The notes: generated from the sequence alone by a model not told the origin. A stretch of 64,000 bases of DNA from Eledone cirrhosa (GCA_964016885.1 OZ024740.1:298220001-298284000), one strand, 5' to 3'. Positions 1-11,415 are shown, counted from the first letter of the stretch. Made by a program: numbers and translations.

Positions 1-190
1 ATCAATGTTTATCATTGATTGACCGACGGTCAAAAATACAGATATAAATACAGATATATAGTCTAACAAAGTTCTTTCGTTGCACATCTGCAACATCATC
101 AGTGGTACTATTATGTTCCCTCCTGTTGTATTGTCTAGACATACAATATATGTATATATATGCATGTATATATATATATATATATATATA

Positions 191-398
191 TATCATCATC
201 ATCATCACTGTTTTACGTCCATTCTTCCATGCTAGCATTGGTTAGACGGGTTGTCCCATTGTGGGCAGTGTCTGGTCGGCTGACCATGCCTTGCTCATAC
301 AAGAACTGATTTTGGCTTGATTTCTACAGCTGGATGCCCTTCCTAACATCAATCTCATTTACAGTGAGTGCTGGGTGCTTTTTTCCGTGGCGCCTACA
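191..398 (-). mobile_element. 5'-truncated RTE LINE 3' end (3'UTR + (TGA)n tail)
   Basis: Reverse complement of 1200-1400, including the GGTGTTAGGAAGGGCATCCAGCTGTAGAAA-type motif and a (CAT)n tail; flanked by (TA)n. Confidence 0.8.
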
Positions 399-430
399 CA
401 TATATATATATATATATGTATGTATATATG

Positions 431-1400
431 CAAGCAGCAAACAGCCACAGGAAACAAGTACCACCAAACTCTGGGAGGGCTCTGTAGAAACAGTAGACAG
501 CTTCCGCTACCTAGGTGACCGAATTAGCAGCGGAGGTGGGTGTTTGGAAAGTACAATAACTAGGGTAAGAACGGGATGGAAGAAGTTTAGGGAGCTACTG
601 CCACTGTTAGCTGCACAAGGCTTCTCCCTCAAAATGAAAGGCAGACTGTATGATGCGTGTATACGAACAGCAATGTTACATGGTAGTGAGACCTGGACGC
701 TGTCTGTGGAAGACTTGTGCAGATTAGAAAAAAATCAAGCCTGCATGCTCCAATGGCTGTGTAATAGTAATATACGCAAATGGCAAAGCATAAATGAATT
801 GGGAGAGAGACTGAGCATAAGAGGAATCAAATGCTGTGTGCAGGAGAGGCGGTTGCATTGGTATGGACATGTGATGCATATGAAGGAGGACAGCTGCATA
901 AAAAGGTGCAGAGCACTAGAAGTCGATGGAAACCGCGTAGTGGGGAGACCCCAGAAGACCTGGGATGAGTTGATAAAAGCTGACCTTACCCAATTACACC
1001 TCTCAAAGGCGATGACACACGACCGTGACCTCTGGCATCACGCAGTAATACAGAAGCCCCCCCCCCCCCCCCCCAACACACACAGGTACAAGCCGAAGCT
1101 GAAGCATATAGACAATATGTCCCCACACCCTCCCACTGCAAAGTGGTCGTGAAAGTGCCACGGCAAAAAAGCACCCAGCCCACACTGTAAAGTAGACGTG
1201 TAGGCGCCAAGGAAAAAAGCACCCAGCAATCACAGTAAATAAGGTTGGTGTTAGGAAGGGCATCCAGCTGTAGAAATCAAGCTAGAATCAGTTCCCGTAT
1301 GAGCAAGCCATGGTCAGCCGACCGGACACTGCCCATAACAGGACAACCCGTCTAACCCATGCTAGCGTGGAAGAACGGACGTAAAACGGTGATGATGATG
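431..1400 (+). mobile_element. RTE-clade LINE fragment (C-terminal RT region, 3'UTR, (TGA)n tail)
   Basis: Translation VETVDSFRYLGDRI..KGRLYDACIRTAMLHGSETW..RRLHWYGHVMHM..GRPQKTW is typical of the RTE ORF C-terminus; ends cgtaaaacggtgatgatgatg. Confidence 0.9.
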
Positions 1401-1413
1401 TATATATATTTAT

Positions 1414-2755
1414 ATGCCCTTCCTAACACCAGCCACTTTACTGTACTGGTAGCTTGGGTTCTGTGGCCGGGTGCCCTTCCTAACACCAGCCACTTCACTG
1501 TACTGGTAGCTTGGGTTCTGTGGCCGGGTGCCCTTCCTAACACCAGCCACTTCACTGTACTGGTAGCTTGGGTTCTGTGGCCGGGTGCCCTTCCTAACAC
1601 CAGCCACTTCACTGTACTGGTAGCTTGGGTTCTGTGGCCGGGTGCCCTTCCTAACACCAGCCACTTCACTGTACTGGTAGCTTGGGTTCTGTGGCCGGGT
1701 GCCCTTCCTAACACCAGCCACTTCACTGTACTGGTAGCTTGGGTTCTGTGGCCGGGTGCCCTTCCTAACACCAGCCACTTCACTGTACTGGTAGCTTGGG
1801 TTCTGTGGCCGGGTGCCCTTCCTAACACCAGCCACTTCACTGTACTGGTAGCTTGGGTTCTGTGGCCGGGTGCCCTTCCTAACACCAGCCACTTCACTGT
1901 ACTGGTAGCTTGGGTTCTGTGGCCGGGTGCCCTTCCTAACACCAGCCACTTCACTGTACTGGTAGCTTGGGTTCTGTGGCTTGTTGCCCTTCCTAACACC
2001 AGCCACTTCACTGTACTGGTAGCTTGGGTTCTGTGGCCGGGTGCCCTTCCTAACACCAGCCACTTCACTGTACTGGTAGCTTGGGTTCTGTGGCTTGTTG
2101 CCCTTCCTAACACCAGCCACTTCACTGTACTGGTAGCTTGGGTTCTGTGGCTTGTTGCCCTTCCTAACACCAGCCACTTCACTGTACTGGTAGCTTGGGT
2201 TCTGTGACCGGGTGCCCTTCCTAACACCAGCCACTTCACTGTACTGGTAGCTTGGGTTCTGTGGCTTGTTGCCCTTCCTAACACCAGCCACTTCACTGTA
2301 CTGGTAGCTTGGGTTCTGTGGCCGGGTGCCCTTCCTAACACCAGCCACTTCACTGTACTGGTAGCTTGGGTTCTGTGGCCGGGTGCCCTTCCTAACACCA
2401 GCCACTTCACTGTACTGGTAGCTTGGGTTCTGTGGCCGGGTGCCCTTCCTAACACCAGCCACTTCACTGTACTGGTAGCTTGGGTTCTGTGGCCGGGTGC
2501 CCTTCCTAACACCAGCCACTTCACTGTACTGGTAGCTTGGGTTCTGTGGCTTGTTGCCCTTCCTAACACCAGCCACTTCACTGTACTGGTAGCTTGGGTT
2601 CTGTGGCCGGGTGCCCTTCCTAACACCAGCCACTTCACTGTACTGGTAGCTTGGGTTCTGTGGCTTGTTGCCCTTCCAAACACCAGCCACTTTACTGTAC
2701 TGGTAGCTTGGGTTCTGTGACCGGGTGCCCTTCTTAACACCAGCCACTTCACTGA
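1414..2755. repeat. 57-bp minisatellite, about 23.5 copies
   Basis: Unit gtgcccttcctaacaccagccacttcactgtactggtagcttgggttctgtggccgg, with a variant carrying tggcttgttgccc; seen as a 19-aa period in the ORF track. Confidence 0.97.
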
Positions 2756-2759
2756 ATAA

Positions 2760-3805
2760 GACCCGTCCCACCCTTGCAAGCAGGGAAAAGCGGACGTAAA
2801 ATGATGATGATGATGATGATGATGATATGCATGTATATGTATATATGTAAATGTCGTTGGTGTTAGGAAGGGCATCTAGCCGTAGAAAACCTGCCAGATA
2901 GTCCTATATGGGCGAGACACGGTCACCCGACCAACCTTGCCTCAAGTGGGACAACTCCCGTCTAACCCATGCTAGCGTTGAAGATGAACGTTAAACGAAG
3001 ATGATGATGATATATGCATGTATATATATGTATATATGCATGTATATACATATATATATATATGCATGTATATTTATATATGTATGTATATATATATATA
3101 TATATATATGCATGTATATATATATATGCATGTATATGTATATATATCATCATCATCATCATCACTGTTTTACGTCCGTTCTTCCATGCTAGCATGGGTT
3201 AGACGGGTTGTCCTGTTGTGGGTAGTGTCTAGTCGGCTAACTTTGTCTTGCTCCTACGGGAACTGGTTCTGGCTTGATTTCTACAGCTGGATGCCCTTCC
3301 TAACACCAACCTCATTTACAGTGCGTGCTGGGTGCTTTTTTCCGTGGCGCCTACACGTCCACTTTACAGTGTGGGCTGGGTGCTTTTTTGCAGTGGGATG
3401 GTGTGGGGGCATATTGTCTATATGCTTCAGCTTCGGCTTATATATGTATATGTATCATCATCATTATCATCATCGTTTAACGTCTATCTTTTAACGTCTA
3501 TCTTCCACGCTAGCATGGGTGTGAAATTCCTTATTTATTATAGCAAACACTATGTACATTTCAGTAGCCAGGTTCTGTAAGATCCTGGTGACATCAACAG
3601 GTCTTAATTGCCTTCTCGCACCTCCAACAATATTCAACATCAAAGATGGATGAGTTGCATAACATCAAGTGCTTTTCCTAATATTACATCATGGTTAGCT
3701 ATACGGAATGACCAGTTATATCCAATGGTGAACCACCAAACTTAAATATATATATATATATATATATATGCTAGCATGGAAGATGGGCGTTAAACGATGA
3801 TGATA
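2760..3805. mobile_element. Cluster of short RTE-type 3' ends in both orientations, separated by (TA)n/(TATG)n
   Basis: + strand at 2760-2824, 2856-3010 and 3769-3805; - strand at 3147-3442 and 3454-3520. All carry a variant of the ccatgctagc..gg(a)aga..acgt(t/a)aa motif plus (TGA)n. Confidence 0.75.
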
Positions 3806-3830
3806 ATATAAATATATATATTCATCATCA

Positions 3831-3865
<35 letters not shown>

Positions 3866-3867
<2 letters not shown>

Positions 3868-5399
3868 CCCTTCAGGCTATAACAGAGGAGTTCAAGACCG
3901 GCTGCCCATGGGAACTCCTATATGCAGATGATCTAACGCTCATAGCTGAATCAATGGCTGAACTAGAGAAGAAATTCCAAACATGGAAGCATGGCCTAGA
4001 ATCAAAAGGCCTTAAAGTTAACTTGTCTAAGACTAAAGTTCTAGTTTGTAGGAAGGAAAATAGGGCACTGGTCCCATCTGGGAAATGGCCATGCTCAGTG
4101 TGTAGGAAAGGAGTAGGCAGAAACTCCATTTTATGTCCTAAATGCAAAGTATGGGTGCATAAAAGATGTAGTGGGATCACAGGTAAGCTAACTAAGAATA
4201 TAGATTTTATATGTGGCCGGTGCTCTGGTGTAATAAGTAGCTGCAAGTGCCCACAGAATACTAGCTCATTCCATTGCACAGATGGTTCTATAGAAATAGT
4301 GGACACCTTCTGTTACCTGAGTGACAAAATCAGCAGTGGGGGAGGGTGCTCTGAAAGTACAGTAGCTAGAGTCAGAACGGGATGGAAAAAGTTCCGAGAG
4401 CTTATACCACTATTGGCCGCTAAAGGGTTCTCTCTAAAAATGAAAGGCAGGCTGTATGATGCCTGCATACGAACAGCAATGTTACATGGCAGTGAGACCT
4501 GGGCATTGTGTGCAGAGGATATACGCAGACTGGAGAGAAACGAAGCTTGCATGCTCCGCTGGATGTGTAATAGTAATATACGTGAACGGCAAAGCATAAA
4601 CGAACTAAGGGAGAAATTAGGAATAAGAGGGATCAGATGTTGTTTACTCGAGAGAAGACTACGTTGGTACGGTCACGTGATGCGCATGAAAGACGACAGC
4701 TGTATAAAAAGTGCAGGGCGATAAAAATAGACGGTAGCCATGGAGTAAGCAGACCCAGAAAAACCTGGGACGACTTGATAAATTCTGACCACTCACACTT
4801 ACACCTCTCCAAGACAATGTCACTGGACCGAGATCTTTGGCGCTACACAGTCATACAGAAAACCCGCCTTGCTTAAGTACAAAGCGAAACCTACAGTCAG
4901 TAGGCACCTCTATCAAAATACACCCCTATCCACTACCCCCACCCCATCCACACCACCCCCTTAAATGTGAAGTTATGTTGGTACCACAACATCCAGTCTG
5001 AAACAAATGAGGTCGTGTAGGTTTAACGACAAAAAAACACAGTCCACTCTGTAATGTGGCCGTGTAGGTAACACGGTAAAAACCTCCCAGTCCACACTGT
5101 AAACGTGGTTGGTGTTGGGAAGGGCACCCAGCCGTAGAAAACCCGCCAGACGTGTAGGTGTCATGACAAAAAAACACACAGTTCACGCTGTAATGTAGCC
5201 GTGTAGGTAACACGGTAAAAACCTCCCAGTCCACACTGTAAACGTGGTTGGTGTTAGGAAGGGCATCCAGCCGTAGAAAACCCGCCAGACAGACCTATAC
5301 GAGCAGGACAACCAATCTTGCCTCAAGTGGGAAAACTCCCATCCAAACCCATGCAAGCGTGGAAGATCGACGTTAAACGATGATGATGATGATGATGAT
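3866..5399 (+). mobile_element. 5'-truncated RTE LINE with YADD RT motif, PHD-finger insertion, a frameshift near 4710, and 3'UTR
   Basis: CPWELLYADDL (YADD at 3921-3932), GLKVNLSKTK, FCYLSDKI, LHGSETW, LRWYGHVMR; C-terminus continues in ORF 4637-4876; (GAT)n tail; 137-bp internal duplication 5014-5150 / 5151-5289. Confidence 0.93.
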
Positions 5400-5430
5400 A
5401 TATATGTATTTATGAGTTTTATATCAAATA

Positions 5431-5668
5431 ATAATAATATTTGATTTGTTTGCAAGCAAACAACCTCAATATGCTATGTTTTTTTAGATGACCCCTGTCA
5501 TCCGTTTGTTCTAGCAGTGGCATAGAGAAACAGTCAACCTATTTCTGGGTATAACCCTTTGCCAAGACTGTGTATCTCTTTCTGCCACTAGCTTGAACTG
5601 TTGAAAATATATAATATTTTCTAAAGTATACATCGGCTTTTTGCTTGCAAGCGAATAAATATTATTAT
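5431..5668. mobile_element. MITE-like element with about 45-bp imperfect TIRs (second copy at 39548-39768, opposite orientation)
   Basis: Ends aataatatttgatttgtttgcaagcaaa / tttgcttgcaagcgaataatattatt; the interior matches the reverse complement of 39600-39715. Confidence 0.6.
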
Positions 5669-6267
5669 CATTCGATATAAAACACATTCTCATCCTTTTC
5701 CCCTCTAAATCTGTGAAATGGTTGGTGATAGGAAGGGCATCCAGCTGTAGAAACTGTGCCAGAATGTACCTTTAAAAAATGGGATGTAATAACTTTGATG
5801 GTAGGTCTGCACAGGGCTGACTAACAACAACTATGAAAACAAAATTGGAATTTTATCAAAGAACATGGGAGATTGCCAAGTTGTTAGATACCAACCAATT
5901 CAAGAATAGAAAGGTAATTCATATAAATTATTTCAGACATGTTGGAACAAGCTATAGAGAGTCTGCCAACCCTCTCAGATAAATTAATTATAAACTAGAA
6001 TCAATTATCAATCAAAGGAAGTTGTCAAATAGTTAGACAATAAACCAGTTCATAAGTATTTGAAGAACCATAAATTTGAAACCTTTCCCTAATATTAAAA
6101 AATGCCACAATAGAAAAATATTATGAAAGTGTTTAACTGTCAACTATAAACAAAGAAAACTAATGTAACATAACTGCACCAATGCCATTCAGTTGGTTAT
6201 AATATTATATATGCACATATATAATAGACACTTTACGTGAAAACCACAACACACACACCCTATATAC

Positions 6268-6500
6268 AGGTGTAGTGGTTAGGGTGTATGGTTCCTGATC
6301 GTAAAGTCATAAGTTCAATTCCCACTGGTATGATGTGTCCTTGAGCAAGAGACTTTTTCACGTTGCTCCCATCCACTCAACTGGAAAAAGATGAGATATA
6401 TCTGTAATTCAAAGGGCCAGTCTTGCCATTCCCTGTGTCTTGCTGAATCTCCCTGAGAACTATGTTAACAGTACACGTGTTTGTGAAATTCTCAGTGACA
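6268..6500 (+). mobile_element. tRNA-derived SINE (family B), degenerate
   Basis: A-box-like tagtggttagg, B-box-like agttcaattcc, core ccttgagcaaga..cacgttgctcc..ccactca; relatives at 10403-10670, 44185-44470, 56887 and 60541. Confidence 0.6.
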
Positions 6501-6899
6501 ATAGCGAGTACATGACTTTCCCCGGGACAGGAAGCCAGTCTATCGCAGGGTTAAATTGCCAGCTATTACTGATACTCAAGAGCACAAAACAACCCAGGAT
6601 CATAAGTCCAACACCCTTACCACTAGGCCACATGATTCCACTTGATACTTTTTATTATGGCACCAACACTAACACTTTATAGAGTGTACTGAGTACATTT
6701 TGTTATAGCACCAGCACTACAGAGATTGTCACATGGTCACCCCAACTGAAGTGGTCTCTCGAAGTCTATCTTGGTGTGATTACCAACACAGTAGCTACAT
6801 TTACTATAGATATATCTGTGTGTGTGTGTAGATCCCAAATTAAATTTGGGTTAACCACAGTTAATAAAGTACTCACTACATTAGTAGAGTGTAAACATT

Positions 6900-7032
6900 A
6901 TTATTTAATATAGAAGTAGCTTCTACAGGACTAGAATTGTTTCATTCATATGAAATCATCAGGGCATTCCAGATAATTTCACACGAATGAAACAGTTCTA
7001 GTCCTGTAGACGCCATTTCTATATTAAATAAT
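6900..7032. repeat. Palindromic dispersed repeat with hammerhead-like CTGATGA..GAAAC core (possibly Penelope-derived)
   Basis: About 63-bp inverted arms; relatives at 38089-38205 and a single arm at 36017-36062. Confidence 0.55.
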
Positions 7033-7219
7033 TGTTTCTACTTTAGGCACAAGGCCAGCAATAACCAGTACATTGCTGGTACTTTATTTTATCGACTCCG
7101 TAAGGATGAAAGGCAAAGTTAACATCAGCGGGATTTGAACTCAGACTGTAAAGGGACATAACTATGCTAGAAAGCATGGTTGTCCATGACATCTAATTAT
7201 ATTTTCTTCATGTTTTCAG

Positions 7220-7326
7220 TGCGTATGGCTAGTTGCATTTCTTGGAACTGTCATCCTAGATGTTGACTATGGTCTTGGAGTGGGTGTTGCTTTCTCATTG
7301 CTCACAGTCCTGGCTCGTTCTTCAAG
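7220..7326 (+). CDS. SLC26 family anion transporter exon (last TM segments)
   Basis: ttttcag|TGC..AG|gtaact; CVWLVAFLGTVILDVDYGLGVGVAFSLLTVLARSS(R); 107 bp. Confidence 0.92.
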
Positions 7327-7933
7327 GTAACTTTTTTTCTTTCATTCTCCTACCCCACCTGCCTCTCTCCCTTTGTGTTATCAATATTTCAAAGTATAAC
7401 ATTACAGCTTCACAGATAGCGCATGGGGCTGTAATAGATGGGGCTGTAATAGATATGTAATGATTTAGTAAAAAATATCTAAAAACAGATTTTTAAAAAC
7501 AGATTTCTAAAAACAGATTTTTAATTCAAATGTTTACAGTACTCCTTTACTAGTGGAAAGATGTGAAGATTTGCAATAAACAAGAGTTAAAGTACTCCTT
7601 AGGTTATCAAACATAATTTTCAATGTAATGCAATAAAAAAGAAGATGCTGTTTTGTACTTTTCAAGAATATCTGGCTGTGATATCTACCATGTGGCAAAG
7701 GTGCTGATACATCCCTGTAGATGATTTAAATAGTAAAAAAAAATGAATGTTTCAACTAGTTATAATTTTTTATCTGTTTTGGGGTTTTCTTTTGTTTTTT
7801 GGTGGGGAAATATATTTGAGTTAACAGTCTTATCTGTATTATTATCTCCAATGATTATCTTTTACTGTATTTATCTATTACTATTCATATTTTATTCTTA
7901 TCTCTACTGAATTTATATCTCTCAGTGGTTATC

Positions 7934-8328
7934 TTAACCCTTTAGCATTTACATTACTTTATATTTACCATTATATTTTCATAGTAAAAGCTTAACCTCA
8001 TATAATTATCTCTCATAATATAGAATCTATGAGATTTTGATATTACTGTATTTTCCAGCGTCAAAGACGCTACTTTTTTCCTAAAATAAGTCTCAAAAGT
8101 CTAACATGCGTCCTGGAGGCCGAAGGTTGTATATTTTTTTCAAATTTTTGGTTGTCAAAATTAGGGTGCGTCCTCGAGGATGATGCGTCTTCGGCGCCGG
8201 GAAATACGGTATTTATTTTGAGAACCATACCTTAACATCGGTATGAGTGGCCGGTTATGGCCAGTTTGAACAGAAAGAAGTGAGAGAATTCCACCCTGAT
8301 TTGGCCGGTTTAAATGTTAAAAAGTTAA
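7934..8328. mobile_element. TTAA-flanked (piggyBac-like) MITE containing a nested TA-flanked Tc1/mariner-pogo-type MITE (8044-8211)
   Basis: Ends TTAACCCTTTAGCATTTA / TAAATGTTAAAAAGTTAA; nested TIRs tactgtattttcc / gggaaatacggta. Uninterrupted copies at 52384-52605, 59623-59836 and 62323-62538. Confidence 0.75.
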
Positions 8329-8715
8329 CGTATAGTTGGCCCTTGCTTGTGTAGTTCTAAATTTAATTTTATGCAGTAAGTTGACATTTTGTGTAAAATA
8401 CTACATGATAAATAATGGTTAAAAGACTTTAAATATTCATAAATTGTTTTAAATATCCATTCAAATGCTTCTCAAAATCAGAGAATATCAAATACTAGGT
8501 CATGGCACCTGACTGAAAGATTTGTGCAGTTCTAAAATTTCCTTAAAATATACCCAGTTATAGATTATGATTCATATTCAACTATGAGTCACCCTAAATC
8601 CCCCTGTTCCTCCTCTTTAAATCTGGAACCTTCTGCATTTATAGAGAAACAATGTTCATTTTAGTTTCAGTCATTATGGAACACACTATATCATCACCTG
8701 ATATTTCTTTTTCAG

Positions 8716-8785
8716 ACCTTATGCATGTTTACTTGGTCAACTGCCTAACACAGATATTTACAGAGATGTGTCAGTATATTCCACG
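8716..8785 (+). CDS. SLC26 exon (TM-STAS linker)
   Basis: ttttcag|A CCT..ACG|gtgtgt; (R)PYACLLGQLPNTDIYRDVSVYST contains the SLC26 LGxxPxTDIY motif; 70 bp; phase-2 junction fits the previous exon. Confidence 0.93.
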
Positions 8786-9177
8786 GTGTGTTGCCAACTT
8801 TTATTAATATCTCTCTCAAATGCTATTTTAAAGTCTATAAATGTCTGGCAAAGTCTTATTTTTTTACATGAAATAATTCCATTTAATATAAATGTAATTT
8901 CTCCACCATCAGCATCATCATCATTATCATTTAACTTCCTCTTTTATACTTTACTCTTTTACTCTTCCCAGCCTACAGGCTGAGGTCATGTTGGGGCACT
9001 ACCACAGCAGTTACACTTTCTATAGCCATCCTTTTTTCATTGGCCATTGATAAATAAGGGAGTTTGACAAACACCACCCTCATTTGTGTTTCTTGCCATG
9101 ATGTAGGCTCATCATATATATATATTTGTTATTATCATATGTCTTTTATATTTTCTTTATTATATTTCTCCTCACAG

Positions 9178-9327
9178 GCTGTCCAGTTTAATGGTATTAA
9201 AATCATTCGTTTTGAAGCCTCACTCTATTTTGCCAATGCCGAAAACTTCAAAAATCGTGTGTATGAAATGACAAATGTCAATCCCAGAAAACTGAAAAAG
9301 AAAACGAAGAACTTACCAACAGCATCA
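9178..9327 (+). CDS. SLC26 exon (STAS N-terminal part)
   Basis: ctcacag|GCT..TCA|gtaatt; AVQFNGIKIIRFEASLYFANAENFKNRVYEMT.. (GIKIxRF..LYFAN motif). Confidence 0.92.
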
Positions 9328-9656
9328 GTAATTATCAATTAAAAATTATCAATTGTGTCTCTAGTGTTGGTGCCACAATAAAACAAACCCAGTACACTTT
9401 GTACAGTGGTTGGTAATAGGAAACTGTATCCAAGTCATAGAAAACCTGCCAAAGGATTGAGAGAATTCATCAGTCGTGTCAACCTAGTGCTGGTTAGTGC
9501 CATGATAGCATCCACTACACTCTGTAAAGTGTGGGAATATATGTAAGCAAGATGTGGTTCCTGACCCATCTGAGAGTACAGTGGCTTAAGCTAAGTACTG
9601 AGTAGGTTTGTGATAACCTGCCCAACACTTGCTAGCAGGGAAAAATGGATGTTTAA

Positions 9657-9845
9657 TAATTGTTTCTACTATTGGCACAAGGCCAGCAATTACCTAGTAC
9701 ATTACTGGTACTTTATTTTATCGACCCCGTAAGGATGAAAGCAAAGTTAACCTCGGCGGGATTTGAACTCAGAATGGCAACGGCCGTAACTCGATGCGTC
9801 AAAGCATGGCATCCGACCCTCTACCGATACTGCCAAGTCACCGCC
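9657..9845 (-). mobile_element. tRNA-derived SINE (family A)
   Basis: B box gagttcaaatcc followed by core gaggttaactttgc(c)tttcatccttacggggtcgataaaataaagtaccag; other copies near 7030-7170(-), 34833-34975(+), 36345-36540(+), 36970-37110(+), 49503-49622(+) and 51905-52008(-). Confidence 0.75.
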
Positions 9846-9888
9846 AACGGATGTTTAATAATGATGATGATATAAGTATATATATATA

Positions 9889-9950
<62 letters not shown>

Positions 9951-10402
9951 GTGATGATGATGATATATATATCATCATCATCATCTATATATATATATAT
10001 ATATATATATATGTCACTATCATCATCAGTAGCAGCATGTAATGTCTGTACTTCCATGTTGGCATGAGTTGGACAGGTTGTTACAGACAAGTAAATATCT
10101 AATCAATGCTACTACCTTACTATATAGGTTGGGTCTCCATGTCTTGCTCAATATATTTCATTTCGACATGATTTCTATGGTTGAGTGCTTTTTCTAATGC
10201 CAACCATTTTGCAGAGTGTACTGGCATGCATTTTATCATGGCTAGAGAATTGCCATCTCTTTGACAAGACTGAATCATCTTCTCCACCCTTTTTGCTATA
10301 GTTTCTATGGCTGGAGACCCTTCCTAGCACCAACCACTTTACATAGTGTTCCGGATGCCTAGTCCCTCTTACATTAAATTTCCCTTACAACCTCTCCATG
10401 AT

Positions 10403-10670
10403 GGCACGTGGCCTAGTGGTAAGGGTATTGGACTTATGATCATAATGTTATGTGTTCCATTCTTGGGCTGGGTTGTGTTCATGAGCAAAACACTTCATTT
10501 CACATTGCTCCAGTATACTCAGCTGAAAATGAGTACCAGCAACAGCGGGGAGTTTAACCCTGCAATGGACAGGAGTCCTGTCCAGGGGGCAGTCTTGTAC
10601 TCTCGGTCACTTCATGCCACGAAACCAGGATAAGCACCAGCCTGACGGACCCCCTGGCTTGAGTCAGACT
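10403..10670 (+). mobile_element. tRNA-derived SINE (family B)
   Basis: ggcacgtggcctagtggtaaggg A box; core cacttcatttcacattgctccagtatactcagctg. Confidence 0.65.
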
Positions 10671-11239
10671 TTTGGTAGAGTTAGGTTAAATATAACTTCT
10701 CCACTATAGCTATCACTTGCTATCATGTATGATGGGTTTGCAACTTCTTTGCCTCCACAAGCCAGATCAGGCTTGTGGGACATAGGTTGCCAACCCCTGA
10801 TGTATGACATGGTTGTATTTACCATACTTTCACTAAGGATTTTTTAGCTGCCCATGCAGTCACAAGCAGATACACCCTCTCAGCCCTCCCACCCTTGATC
10901 CAGAGGAATGTCCAGGATGTGACAGCTGCAAAGAGAAAGTACTGCACCAGGATTAGGCAGATACTTTCTTTATGTCACCCTTACCCCGTCCCCACCAAAA
11001 AAAAAAGGTCCAGCAGGATTTGAACTCGGAATGCAGAGACAAGGCACAAAATATTCAATGCCCTACCAACTCTGCAAAATTGACTACTTTAACCTCACCA
11101 ATATTGTGTCTCAAAGATATTTATAAAAACAAAAAGCACCAATGCTAAATATTCAATTGATAGTTTTCAATAATTGTCTTCCATGTAACACCTATTTTCT
11201 ATCACATTATATCTCATTATATCTCTCTTTATCTACTTC

Positions 11240-11365
11240 CTCTCATTCACCTTCTCACTCTCTCTCCCCCTCTCTCACCTTCTCACTCTCTCCCTCTTTC
11301 TGTCACTCACCTTCTATCTCTCTCCCTCTTTCTGCCACTCACCTTCTCTCTCTCTCTCTCTCTCA

Positions 11366-11404
<39 letters not shown>

Positions 11405-11415
11405 TCTCTCTCTCC
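11240..11415. repeat. (CT)n-rich pyrimidine tract
   Basis: Read directly; lies upstream of the exon at 11502. Confidence 0.9.

Noticed and set aside
1352-2875. Repetitive 282-507 aa ORFs, and a possible CRISPR array
   Set aside because: Head-to-tail 57-bp units with no unique spacers, open on both strands, derived from RTE UTR sequence; eukaryotic context with no cas genes.
2962-3494. YI/HI-rich short ORFs here and at 9794-10090, 32592-32984 and 39680-39973
   Set aside because: Translations of (TA)n, (TG)n and (CAT)n microsatellites.
3520-3740. Possible upstream SLC26 exon
   Set aside because: I found no frame resembling the expected preceding SLC26 segment; that exon probably lies before the window.
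5431-5668. Apparent invertible internal segment relative to the copy at 39548-39768
   Set aside because: The flanks are long degenerate TIRs, so the whole element is simply in the opposite orientation.
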